A stretch of 32,000 bases of DNA from Ruminococcus albus 7 = DSM 20455 (GTDB lineage Bacteria; Bacillota; Clostridia; Oscillospirales; Ruminococcaceae): assembly GCF_000179635.2 (NCBI RefSeq), contig NC_014824.1, positions 270,001 to 302,000 on the forward strand, given 5' to 3'. The notes under the pieces were generated by a model. The model was not told the DNA's origin. It did not search any database and saw only the letters and a list, made by a program, of their open reading frames with translations. Within the stretch, counting starts at the first letter, position 1. The number at the start of each line of letters is the position of its first letter. Shown piece by piece: positions 24,195-31,861 of this stretch. The position numbers and the translations under genes are program-made.

Positions 24195-25085
24195 ATGATT
24201 AGAAGCATACTTACTCAGACAAAAATAATGCTTAACAAAAAGGGTTTCATGTTTGGCTTTACAGCTGTGATGATTATTTGTCTGGCGGAGGTTGTTATAA
24301 ACGCCTACGGTTTTTCAATATATCGCGTAAATGACGATGGTTTTCCAGGAAATGATGCGTCATCTGTCATAAGTTCTTTTGAAGCGTTTATTCTTTGTGA
24401 TCCATCGGGGCTTTTAAGCTATATGAAGCTGCTTTTCCCATTTCTTTGTGCCTTGCCTTTTTCATTTTCAATACTTACAGACAAGGCAGCAAATACAGAC
24501 ACTTTGCTTTGCGCCTACTGTGGTAAAAGAAGATATCTGATTTCAAAAATTGCGGCTTCATTTATCGGATCATCATTGATATTCTTCATTCCAATTATGA
24601 TAAACAATTGTTTGAACTATATCATCTTTGACAATTCTATGGGAGCAAATCTATTTAACCCCAACTGGCGGTGGAGCGGATTCGGGGTTATGCGTACAAC
24701 GGACTATCCAAATGCCCCATTTGGTGATATTATAGCAGTTTCTCCATTTCTGTTTTGCACTCTTCACGCTTTTTTGTTTTCGATAATGTCCGGAGTGTTT
24801 GGTATACTTGCACTTGCTTGCTCGGTATTTTGCAGAAGAAATAAAGTGCTGACTTTTGGTACAGGTTTTTTGATAATTAATATAATGCAATTTCTTGAAA
24901 ACTATACTCTGAATGACGATATAGAGAAAAAATACACCGCCTTGGATCCATTCATATATGTAACTTTCTATTATTGCGATGGCAAGACAGGTATGAACTA
25001 CGGAGCATTTTTTATTTCTTTGGTAGCAGTAATTATTCTGAGTTCAGCTATGTTGATTTATTTCTGCAGAAAAGACTATATCTGA
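24195..25085 (+). CDS. ABC-2-type transporter permease
   Basis: 296 aa with about 6 TM helices. A GGAGA RBS is present. It is the first gene of an operon that ends with an ABC ATPase. Confidence 0.7.
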   Translation: MIRSILTQTKIMLNKKGFMFGFTAVMIICLAEVVINAYGFSIYRVNDDGFPGNDASSVISSFEAFILCDPSGLLSYMKLLFPFLCALPFSFSILTDKAANTDTLLCAYCGKRRYLISKIAASFIGSSLIFFIPIMINNCLNYIIFDNSMGANLFNPNWRWSGFGVMRTTDYPNAPFGDIIAVSPFLFCTLHAFLFSIMSGVFGILALACSVFCRRNKVLTFGTGFLIINIMQFLENYTLNDDIEKKYTALDPFIYVTFYYCDGKTGMNYGAFFISLVAVIILSSAMLIYFCRKDYI

Positions 25086-25096
25086 GGGGTGATAGA

Positions 25097-25852
25097 ATGA
25101 AGAAAATGCTTTTGATGCTAGCCGTAATTATTCCAATATCGCTGATATTTAACGGTCAGGATTTCTGGAGTGCATTTGCTGAACGTCGCTTTGGTGAATC
25201 GGAAGAATGTTTTGATGTTTTGTTCTTTTGCAATGCTTTTGGATTTATTTACTTGCAAAATTCAAGCTTGGAATATATGCTGTATACTCTGACTGTCTGT
25301 GTACCATTTCTTTTCATGTTTGGACATACAATGTCAGACAACCTTAATGTCAGCGATATTTATGTTTTTATTCGAGAGAACAAGCGAACAAAATGGTTTA
25401 TGAAAAATACTATACGGATATTCTGGCAAAGCACTATAATAACACTTGCAAATATCGCGATTATATGGTCTATGACAGCCAAAACGGCAATTATCAAGAA
25501 ACCTGAAAATTTGGAAAAAATATTGTGGATAGCTGTTCTGATGATCATATACATTTGGATACTTATCATCGCTTCAAATTTCTTGTCAGCACTGTTTGGC
25601 AGTACCATCGGTTTAGCTTTGGGATCGGCACTTCATTATGTCTTTGTCATGGCTGCAAGGTATGGCTTTGAAAACAATTTTATCAAAAAAGTTGACCCGC
25701 TTGCCGTAGTTTTCAATGTAGTAGAGGACAGGGAAAACGTTGTTACGGCAGTGAGCACAATGATAGTTATTTTAGCTATTGTTTGTGCAATTTTCTGCTT
25801 ATACGTGAATAAGTCAGATATTAGTCTTAAAAACAAAGAAATTATAGTATGA
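25097..25852 (+). CDS. Second ABC-2-type permease
   Basis: The start MKKMLLMLAVII follows a GAGGGG RBS. The protein is polytopic. The ORF-track start at 24974 overlaps the previous gene and is unlikely. Confidence 0.7.
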   Translation: MKKMLLMLAVIIPISLIFNGQDFWSAFAERRFGESEECFDVLFFCNAFGFIYLQNSSLEYMLYTLTVCVPFLFMFGHTMSDNLNVSDIYVFIRENKRTKWFMKNTIRIFWQSTIITLANIAIIWSMTAKTAIIKKPENLEKILWIAVLMIIYIWILIIASNFLSALFGSTIGLALGSALHYVFVMAARYGFENNFIKKVDPLAVVFNVVEDRENVVTAVSTMIVILAIVCAIFCLYVNKSDISLKNKEIIV

Positions 25853-25864
25853 GTGGTGAATAAT

Positions 25865-26509
25865 ATGTCAGTGATAAAAGTTAAAAACGCAGTGAAGAGA
25901 TTCAAAAGTAACACAGTCATAGATGATGTTTCACTTACGTTAAAAAGTGGAAACATATACGGATTCGTAGGTAGAAATGGCAGCGGAAAGACTATGTTGT
26001 TTAGAGCTATGTCGGGACTTATACATTTAACAGAAGGCAGTATTGAGGTAGACGGCAAAGTGCTCCATAAAGATATCGATGCCCTCCCCAGTGTAGGCAT
26101 AGCCATCGAAAATGCAGGATTATTTCCGGAGTTTTCAGGGTATAAAAATTTAAAGATTTTGGCAGGAATAAAAAAGAAGATCAGTAAAGATAAAATTCGT
26201 GAAACCATCGCAGCTGTTGGACTTGATCCAGATGATAAACGTCCGATTAGGAAGTACTCATTAGGTATGCGTCAAAGAATACTTATAGCACAAGCTATAA
26301 TGGAGGATCCGGATGTCCTGCTTCTTGATGAGCCTACAAACGGACTTGATGACAGCGGTGTTGATGAGATAAGAAAATTGATATCTGCCCAAGCGCAGCG
26401 CGGTGCTTTAGTTTGCGTTGCCAGTCACAATAAGGAAGATATAGCATTGCTGAGTAATAAAATATTCAGGGTTGATAACGGCAAAGTCAGGGAGGATCGA
26501 GAAATATGA
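25865..26509 (+). CDS. ABC transporter ATP-binding protein (bacitracin/lantibiotic-protection-like subfamily)
   Basis: It has Walker A GRNGSGKT, signature YSLGMRQR and Walker B LLLDEP. Confidence 0.9.
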   Translation: MSVIKVKNAVKRFKSNTVIDDVSLTLKSGNIYGFVGRNGSGKTMLFRAMSGLIHLTEGSIEVDGKVLHKDIDALPSVGIAIENAGLFPEFSGYKNLKILAGIKKKISKDKIRETIAAVGLDPDDKRPIRKYSLGMRQRILIAQAIMEDPDVLLLDEPTNGLDDSGVDEIRKLISAQAQRGALVCVASHNKEDIALLSNKIFRVDNGKVREDREI

Positions 26510-27228
26510 AATTATTTCTTTCGTTACAAGCTGTACTGATTGCTATAACGGTAATACTTTGCTTTCATGCCAAGAGTCTGACAGATAATGTGGGAATAAC
26601 TGAAATGAACAGTATTGAAAAGATACATCAAAGTGATTGTGACTACATTGCAGTAATACATGACACTGAAGAACTCGATGACAGGTTTACTCAGTTTGAC
26701 CGTGAGAATGCAGATCTGGGAACTCAAACATATGGCACAGCAATTTTTATTGGAACGCCAAAGGACAGTTTCTCTTTTTCAAATAGCAGTACTTTCTGCA
26801 CGATTGATGTGGATAAGGTCATAAAAGGTAATATCAAGACTAAGAGTATTAATGTAGAGATAAAAGGCGGGTTTTATTACGAGACTGAATCTGAACACAT
26901 GGAACGTCTAAGTGACGCTAAGGATATGGAGATAGAAACACCTGCCGAAAGACTTTTCACTTTTGATTTGGGCGGTATGAATTTTATGAACCCTGGCAAA
27001 AAGTATCTCATTATTTCTCAAACCCTTGATTTAGGAGACAAGACTTTTTATAGGATAAATGGTTATATGATAAGCTGGCTGTGCCTTGATAAAACTGAAA
27101 GTAAAATTATGAAAACAGAATATGTATATTCGGATTGCTTTGATAATGAAATTTTTACTCCTGAACAAGAAATAATAGAGGCATTTTATTCAAAAAAAGA
27201 AAGCATACTGAATAAGTATTGCAAATAA
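26506..27228 (+). CDS. Membrane-anchored or secreted 240-aa protein of unknown function, translationally coupled to the ATPase gene
   Basis: There is an ATGA overlap with the upstream gene and an N-terminal hydrophobic helix (LSLQAVLIAITVILCF). Confidence 0.65.
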   Translation: MKLFLSLQAVLIAITVILCFHAKSLTDNVGITEMNSIEKIHQSDCDYIAVIHDTEELDDRFTQFDRENADLGTQTYGTAIFIGTPKDSFSFSNSSTFCTIDVDKVIKGNIKTKSINVEIKGGFYYETESEHMERLSDAKDMEIETPAERLFTFDLGGMNFMNPGKKYLIISQTLDLGDKTFYRINGYMISWLCLDKTESKIMKTEYVYSDCFDNEIFTPEQEIIEAFYSKKESILNKYCK

Positions 27229-27309
27229 AGAAAAAATAGCAATTTTGCCTTCCAGATAAATCGTTTTGGAGTATTTTGTCACATTAAAATAATTATATAA
27301 TTACTGAGT

Positions 27310-27548
27310 TTGGTTTGCGGCTGAAAATCAAAAACTTCACTGATATGCCAAGTATAGCGGAAGGTAGAAGTCTTATTTATGTGATGCGTGAAAAGAAAGC
27401 TCCCGATAAAAGCCTTATTACAATTGAACTTACCCCAAAAACTCATAAAATACGACAGAAGCTTCTGGCTTATAATTGACCGATAAGAAATAAAGCACAG
27501 ACTGAATTCATAGAAAGATGGCATAAGCACGTTCTTGAATGTGTTTGA
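27310..27548 (+). pseudogene. 3' remnant of a PcfJ-like gene with an in-frame stop at 27477-27479
   Basis: The + frame reads ...MPSIAEGRSLIYVMREKKAPDKSLITIELTPKTHKIRQKLLAYN*PIRNKAQTEFIERWHKHVLECV*. This resembles the C-terminal PcfJ pattern as recalled from memory. The 83-aa ORF on the minus strand is its shadow. Confidence 0.4.
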
Positions 27549-27558
27549 TCAACAACAT

Positions 27559-27592
27559 AAGCGTCTCACTTTTATGTGAGGCGTTTTTTATT
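27559..27592 (+). terminator. Module A terminator
   Basis: An AGCGTCTCAC-TTTTAT-GTGAGGCGTT stem followed by a T-run. It is homologous to the terminators at 28809 and 31708. Confidence 0.55.
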
Positions 27593-27637
27593 CGGGCCTT
27601 TTTCATGAAATTATAACGTCTGATATCATTCTAAATA

Positions 27638-27706
27638 TTCATCTATAATATTTACAGAGTTTATTTGTTGATAACTGGAGTAATCAAATTTTTTGATTAA
27701 GATGAA
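27638..27706 (+). repeat. Module A imperfect hairpin (69 nt) with TATAAT in the 5' arm and apical AACTGGAGTA
   Basis: The outer stem pairs TTCATCT+TAAT with ATTA+AGATGAA, and the inner stem pairs ATTTG with CAAAT. The linear sequence is homologous to modules B-E. Confidence 0.5.
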
Positions 27707-27762
27707 CATCAAGAAATAAGCTTCAAGAATTACTATATATAATATTTTTGGAGGTAATAATT

Positions 27763-28551
27763 ATGAGTCACTATTCATTGATCGCAATAGGATTTGAAAA
27801 TGAGGAAGATCTGGAGAATATGATGTCTATTTACGACGAATCCCGAAAAGTCGCTCCTCATATCGACATGACGAAAGAAAAAATTTACGAAAATGCACAA
27901 GCTTTCTATCAGGAAAAATGCAAGCTTATTGAAGCATATGAAAGAAATCCTGAAAAAGCAGTTGCTGAGCATGGAGAAAGAGCTAAGGAATTTTATGAAA
28001 ACCGTCATATCGATGGGTATTTGGGTTGTTACGAAAATCCTGAAGATTATTATAAACAGATTATATCGCATCGAAAAACAGACAGAAATGGAAATGTATT
28101 AACGATGTCTAATTCTGAAGCCAAGTGGGATTATTATGATGTAGAAAAAGAAACAACGATCGGGAAAATAAAAGAAGAGTATAGAAAAGCACGAGAGAAG
28201 TTTGATTCGTCCAGGCTCGAATTTATATGGAATGTAGTGGTTAATGGCATCAAACCTGAAAAAATGGATCTTGATCATTTCATGTTGCTGTGGGGCGTTC
28301 CTTCTAAAGAAGAAATGTTGAAGCTGTATAAAAGTAAAGAAGAGTATATTTCTTTTCACAGAGATACTTTCTGCCCTTCTTACAGTGTGCTCTTGCCTGA
28401 AGGCTGGTTTGAACCGGGAACAGTAGGAAGCTTTGGTTTAAGTACTGCGAGTCCCGCGGAGGAGCACGAATTTCGTAAAAATTATTATAAGGAATTCATT
28501 GAACCCTATGACGATGATACAAATGTTTTTGTGATTGATTGTCACATTTAA
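27763..28551 (+). CDS. Hypothetical 262-aa protein
   Basis: A GGAGG RBS lies 7 nt before the ATG at 27763. The protein is acidic and helical, with a SEAKWDYYDV segment. Its function is unknown. Confidence 0.75.
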   Translation: MSHYSLIAIGFENEEDLENMMSIYDESRKVAPHIDMTKEKIYENAQAFYQEKCKLIEAYERNPEKAVAEHGERAKEFYENRHIDGYLGCYENPEDYYKQIISHRKTDRNGNVLTMSNSEAKWDYYDVEKETTIGKIKEEYRKAREKFDSSRLEFIWNVVVNGIKPEKMDLDHFMLLWGVPSKEEMLKLYKSKEEYISFHRDTFCPSYSVLLPEGWFEPGTVGSFGLSTASPAEEHEFRKNYYKEFIEPYDDDTNVFVIDCHI

Positions 28552-28575
28552 GACGAATCAAATAAAGGAGATATA

Positions 28576-28787
28576 GTTATAGCCAATAAATTTTCTGACA
28601 TAGATCTTTGCTTCGCAAAGATTGATGATATAGTAGAAAGAAAATGATCTTTCACGGTGAACTATGGAGCAGTCAGGAAATAGATGAGTTTTATAGCGAA
28701 CGAGACTTTGAGACAGAATTGAGTCGTATCACAATATTTGATAAAACTATTTTTGATTTTCAGACAATGAAATTTTTCCTAAAATGA
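28576..28787 (+). pseudogene. Possible small gene disrupted at an A-run (28641-28644), with no ATG at its RBS
   Basis: After an AAAGGAG RBS, one frame stops at 28645-28647. The next frame continues from 28644 (MIFHGELWSSQEIDEFYSERDF...) to 28787. One extra A would fuse the two frames. Confidence 0.3.
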
Positions 28788-28808
28788 ATGTTCATTGAAT
28801 CAACAAAG

Positions 28809-28838
28809 CGCTTCTCTCTTTTGGGGAGGAGCGTTTTT
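28809..28838 (+). terminator. Module B terminator
   Basis: A CGCTTCTCTC-TTTTG-GGGAGGAGCG stem followed by T5. Confidence 0.55.
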
Positions 28839-28855
28839 ACTTGCTATAATAATCT

Positions 28856-28924
28856 GTTATAATACTATTAGATTCATTCTTTGATAATCGGAGTTATTAA
28901 AAATGGATCTAATTTAATTATAAC
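28856..28924 (+). repeat. Module B imperfect hairpin (69 nt), the best-paired copy
   Basis: The 5' arm is GTTATAAT-ACT-ATTAGAT-T-CATT-C-TTT and the 3' arm is AAA-A-AATG-G-ATCTAAT-TTA-ATTATAAC. About 21-22 of 26 positions pair. The apical stem is ATAA-TCGGAG-TTAT. The extended -10 TGTTATAAT lies in the 5' arm. Confidence 0.6.
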
Positions 28925-28937
28925 GGAGGAATAAACA

Positions 28938-29222
28938 ATGAACTACAAAAACGGGAAATATATTCTTGATGACGGACACATCGTTCCGTCTTATGAAGCG
29001 ATACAGATCTATAACGTAGTGGAATTCAATTCACGCAAAGAAGAAGTGTATGATATGTACCTAAGCGTCAACAAAGACAAAAAGATCCCGGATGATTTTT
29101 TTGAATCGGTCAAATTGAGAGAACTTACTGATGATTATATCGATGCTATAACAAACGAAAATGATAATTTATCCGACATTCTATATAATGTCGTAAAATC
29201 AGGATGCAAAAAGGAGATATAA
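28938..29222 (+). CDS. Hypothetical 94-aa protein
   Basis: It has an ACGGAGGAATAAACA-ATG RBS and is flanked by its own modules. Confidence 0.7.
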   Translation: MNYKNGKYILDDGHIVPSYEAIQIYNVVEFNSRKEEVYDMYLSVNKDKKIPDDFFESVKLRELTDDYIDAITNENDNLSDILYNVVKSGCKKEI

Positions 29223-29302
29223 AATAATGGATAGGTATTTCATCTCTCACAATTATCGAGTTATAAATTATGATTAAAAAATACAATTAGATCCAATCTT
29301 AA

Positions 29303-29331
29303 CGGCTCTGCTTTATTGCAGGGCTGTTTTT
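29303..29331 (+). terminator. Module C terminator
   Basis: A CGGCTCTGC-TTTATT-GCAGGGCTG stem followed by T5. Confidence 0.5.
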
Positions 29332-29348
29332 ATCGGATCAAAAATTCA

Positions 29349-29417
29349 AATATAATAATTACAGAATTCATTTTGATGACTTGGAGTGTCAGAAAAAATT
29401 GAATTACTATTTATATT
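29349..29417 (+). repeat. Module C imperfect hairpin (69 nt)
   Basis: AATATAA...AATTCA-TTTT pairs with AAAAAATTGAATT...TTATATT. The apical sequence is GAC-TTGGAGT-GTC. Confidence 0.5.
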
Positions 29418-29431
29418 ACGGAGGAATAAAT

Positions 29432-30517
29432 ATGACACTGATACAGAAAGTGATCAGGCTGTTAAGTATAAATCATGATGGTCTGACGACGAAAGAATTA
29501 TACGAAAAATTACCGGAATATTCTCCTACCGGCATAAGAGGAGTTATTTCCAGATATTTGAGAACAAACGAAACTCCAGCTTTTGAAAGAAAAGAAGCTG
29601 GAGTCTTTGTCTTGATAGAAGTTATAAAGGCAGAAAAGAACGAAGAAGGTATAAGTCTCAGTTATAGAGCATCATATGATACTTTGGAAAATGGCAGTGT
29701 TGATCTCTTTTATAAAGATGTATTTGTAGAAAACGAAATGATAGAAGAGGGCGTATACGAACAAAGAAGAGCATTTGCAGATGAACAGGACTTCTTTAAT
29801 GCAAAGATAAACTTGCAGGCAGTGCTGGCTCATGCTGATGCTAAGACTATACTGAACAAACTTAAAACAGAGTCCTTTGATATGATACTTACCGACCCGC
29901 CTTACAGGGTAATTTCAGGAGGGACAGGCGGTAAAAACGCACCCAAAGGAATGCTGAGCAAAAATGACGGAAAGATATTCGATAACAACGACATACAGTT
30001 TGATGAATATATTCCCGAATGTTACAGGGTACTTAAACCTGACAGACAGGCATACTTCTTCACAAATTTTCTTAATCTTCAGCAGCTTATTGAAGCAGTT
30101 CAGAGGTCAGGATTTAAGGTTCATAACCTTTTGGTCTGGCTGAAAAATAATGCCACACCCAACAGATGGTACATGAAAAACTGTGAGAATGTATTGTTCT
30201 GCTACAAAGGAAAAGCAAAGGCTATTTCAAACTGCGGAAGTAAGACCGTACATCAGTTTGATAACATAAAGGGACCAAAACTCCATGAGACCGAAAAACC
30301 CGTTGAACTGCTTAAAATGTATATAGAAAATTCCACTGAAGAAGGAGAATGGATCCTTGACCCGTTTGCGGGCTCAGGTTCGACAATGGCGGCATCGCTT
30401 CTTCTGAATAGAAAGGTATTTACCTGTGAGATAGATAAAAAGTATCTTAATGTAATAAAAACCAGAGCAATATCTATCCTGAAAAGCGGAGAAGATGATA
30501 GGAACTTAGTAGTTTGA
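29432..30517 (+). CDS. Orphan beta-class DNA methyltransferase (N6-adenine or N4-cytosine) with an N-terminal winged-helix-like domain
   Basis: Motif IV (LTDPPYRV) precedes motif I (LDPFAGSGST). The ATG at 29432 follows an ACGGAGGA RBS. No restriction endonuclease gene is adjacent. Confidence 0.9.
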   Translation: MTLIQKVIRLLSINHDGLTTKELYEKLPEYSPTGIRGVISRYLRTNETPAFERKEAGVFVLIEVIKAEKNEEGISLSYRASYDTLENGSVDLFYKDVFVENEMIEEGVYEQRRAFADEQDFFNAKINLQAVLAHADAKTILNKLKTESFDMILTDPPYRVISGGTGGKNAPKGMLSKNDGKIFDNNDIQFDEYIPECYRVLKPDRQAYFFTNFLNLQQLIEAVQRSGFKVHNLLVWLKNNATPNRWYMKNCENVLFCYKGKAKAISNCGSKTVHQFDNIKGPKLHETEKPVELLKMYIENSTEEGEWILDPFAGSGSTMAASLLLNRKVFTCEIDKKYLNVIKTRAISILKSGEDDRNLVV

Positions 30518-30566
30518 AAAAATCAGTTTTGCGTCAGCGGTGCTGCTTTTAATAAGATAAATATTC

Positions 30567-30631
30567 AATTATAATATTAACAGTATCAGTTTTTGGATAC
30601 TTGGAGTAAAAAAAGAGTTACTATAATAATT
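30567..30631 (+). repeat. Module D imperfect hairpin (65 nt)
   Basis: AATTATAATAT-TAAC...TTTTT pairs with AAAAA...GTTA-CTATAATAATT. The apical sequence is TAC-TTGGA-GTA. Confidence 0.45.
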
Positions 30632-30650
30632 AAAACAGGAGGAAGTAAAA

Positions 30651-31361
30651 ATGGGACTAGATATGTATTTGTACAAGGTATCTACACCGGAAATAAATGA
30701 GGGCGAAATTATAAATGATATACACGAAGATCCAAGATGCTCCGGTGTTAAATTTATCAACACAGATGCAGAAAATGTTCTTTGCGACACAATTAAGAAA
30801 ATTGCTGTAAAATGTATTATAACAGAACGATACTATAATATGAGAAAAATCATAACGGATTATCTAATGAATTTTGATGTTTTAGAAGAAAAAGCCTCTG
30901 AATACGCAGAAAAGTTCTATCAGGGCGGATCTTCCTATAGTTGCACAAAACAATCTTTTAGTCTGTATTGTGATGATAATGAAGAAGTTAAAAGAATTCT
31001 TAATAGCATCGGTAATTCAGGCGAAACGATTTTAGAAACGACACCAAGTATGACAACGAGTATCAGGTATGAAAAAGATTATGATAGAATAGTTGTTAGT
31101 TTTACTGTGAATGAAACTAATATGCACTATGAAGGTAAATACCTCATCACAAAGAATAATAAAAAATATGCTGTAATAATGAAAGAAGTCGATTATCAGC
31201 GGAAAGGACTGAATGATACCGGATGGTCGTTGCTCCCGGAAAACTGTTGTTACTGCGATGATAAAGACCTTATCTGTGAAATGACTGAAGACGGCGGACT
31301 ATCAGAGTCCTTTATGGAAAATTGGATCGACAATGAAACAGTATTCTGGCCATGGTGGTAG
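30651..31361 (+). CDS. Hypothetical 236-aa protein
   Basis: It has an AGGAGGAAG RBS and starts MGLDMYLYKV. No domain was recognised. Confidence 0.75.
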   Translation: MGLDMYLYKVSTPEINEGEIINDIHEDPRCSGVKFINTDAENVLCDTIKKIAVKCIITERYYNMRKIITDYLMNFDVLEEKASEYAEKFYQGGSSYSCTKQSFSLYCDDNEEVKRILNSIGNSGETILETTPSMTTSIRYEKDYDRIVVSFTVNETNMHYEGKYLITKNNKKYAVIMKEVDYQRKGLNDTGWSLLPENCCYCDDKDLICEMTEDGGLSESFMENWIDNETVFWPWW

Positions 31362-31374
31362 AAGGAGATAAACA

Positions 31375-31686
31375 ATGAATGATGTAAAAGAAGAAAAACT
31401 GGAATACTATCAATGCCTGAAACTTCTAGAATACCTCGTAGAGATCGGCTTGATACAGAAAAATCCCCAAATTCCGTCTGATATTCTCGTTTTTTGTGAG
31501 GGTAATGGAGAGGAATATCCTGAAGGATGGTATAGTGAAAATATTTTCGATGCAGCAAGAGATCTGGTCAATAAACCGGATGAACAGAGAATACTGCTTG
31601 ATGCCATCGAGGAAAAGGGATTTAAAAAGCCTGAACTTCCTAAATTTGAAACCGTAAGACTAGATGTAGAAAAATTCTTCAGCTAG
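31375..31686 (+). CDS. Hypothetical 103-aa protein
   Basis: It has a GAAGGAG RBS and lies 13 nt after the upstream stop, within the same cassette. Confidence 0.7.
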   Translation: MNDVKEEKLEYYQCLKLLEYLVEIGLIQKNPQIPSDILVFCEGNGEEYPEGWYSENIFDAARDLVNKPDEQRILLDAIEEKGFKKPELPKFETVRLDVEKFFS

Positions 31687-31707
31687 TATAGTAATTCATG
31701 ATTACAA

Positions 31708-31735
31708 AGCGTCTCTCTCAGGAGGACGCTTTTAT
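31708..31735 (+). terminator. Module E terminator
   Basis: An AGCGTCTCTC-TCA-GGAGGACGCT stem followed by TTTTAT. Confidence 0.5.
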
Positions 31736-31742
31736 CTTTGGG

Positions 31743-31844
31743 GAAATTCTAGTATAATTCAGGTATAGGATTTAATTGATAAACTGGAGGTCAGACAAGT
31801 TGTTGAGATCAAATAATAAAGGTAAAAATCTATGACATAATTTC
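31743..31844 (+). repeat. Module E hairpin-like region (102 nt, expanded loop, weakest pairing)
   Basis: Its ends are GAAATT and AATTTC. It shares the linear motif TATAAT...TTGATAAACTGGAGGTCAG with modules A-D. Confidence 0.35.
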
Positions 31845-31861
31845 TAAACGGAGGATGAAAA

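Noticed and set aside
25636-26208. 190-aa minus-strand ORF
   Set aside because: It is antisense to the well-supported permease and ATPase genes, so it is a shadow ORF.
27279-27530. 83-aa minus-strand ORF
   Set aside because: The plus strand of the same segment gives a PcfJ-like C-terminal fragment ending at a good terminator. The minus-strand ORF has no RBS and an implausible sequence.
27732-27743. ACTATATATAAT box immediately upstream of the 27763 gene as a functional promoter
   Set aside because: A transcript starting ~7 nt after this -10 would begin at or inside the GGAGG RBS. It is more likely a vestigial copy of the island box, or it functions only as an upstream element.
27553-31861. 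Interpreting the hairpin-separated gene array as an integron cassette array with attC sites
   Set aside because: No tyrosine integrase (IntI) or attI is present in the window. The hairpin ends (GTTATAA...TTATAAC) are in the opposite order to the attC R''/R' cores (RYYYAAC...GTTRRRY). Every unit has its own promoter-like element, RBS and terminator, unlike promoterless integron cassettes. Only the conceptual similarity (ssDNA-foldable imperfect palindromes between cassettes) is retained in the main finding.
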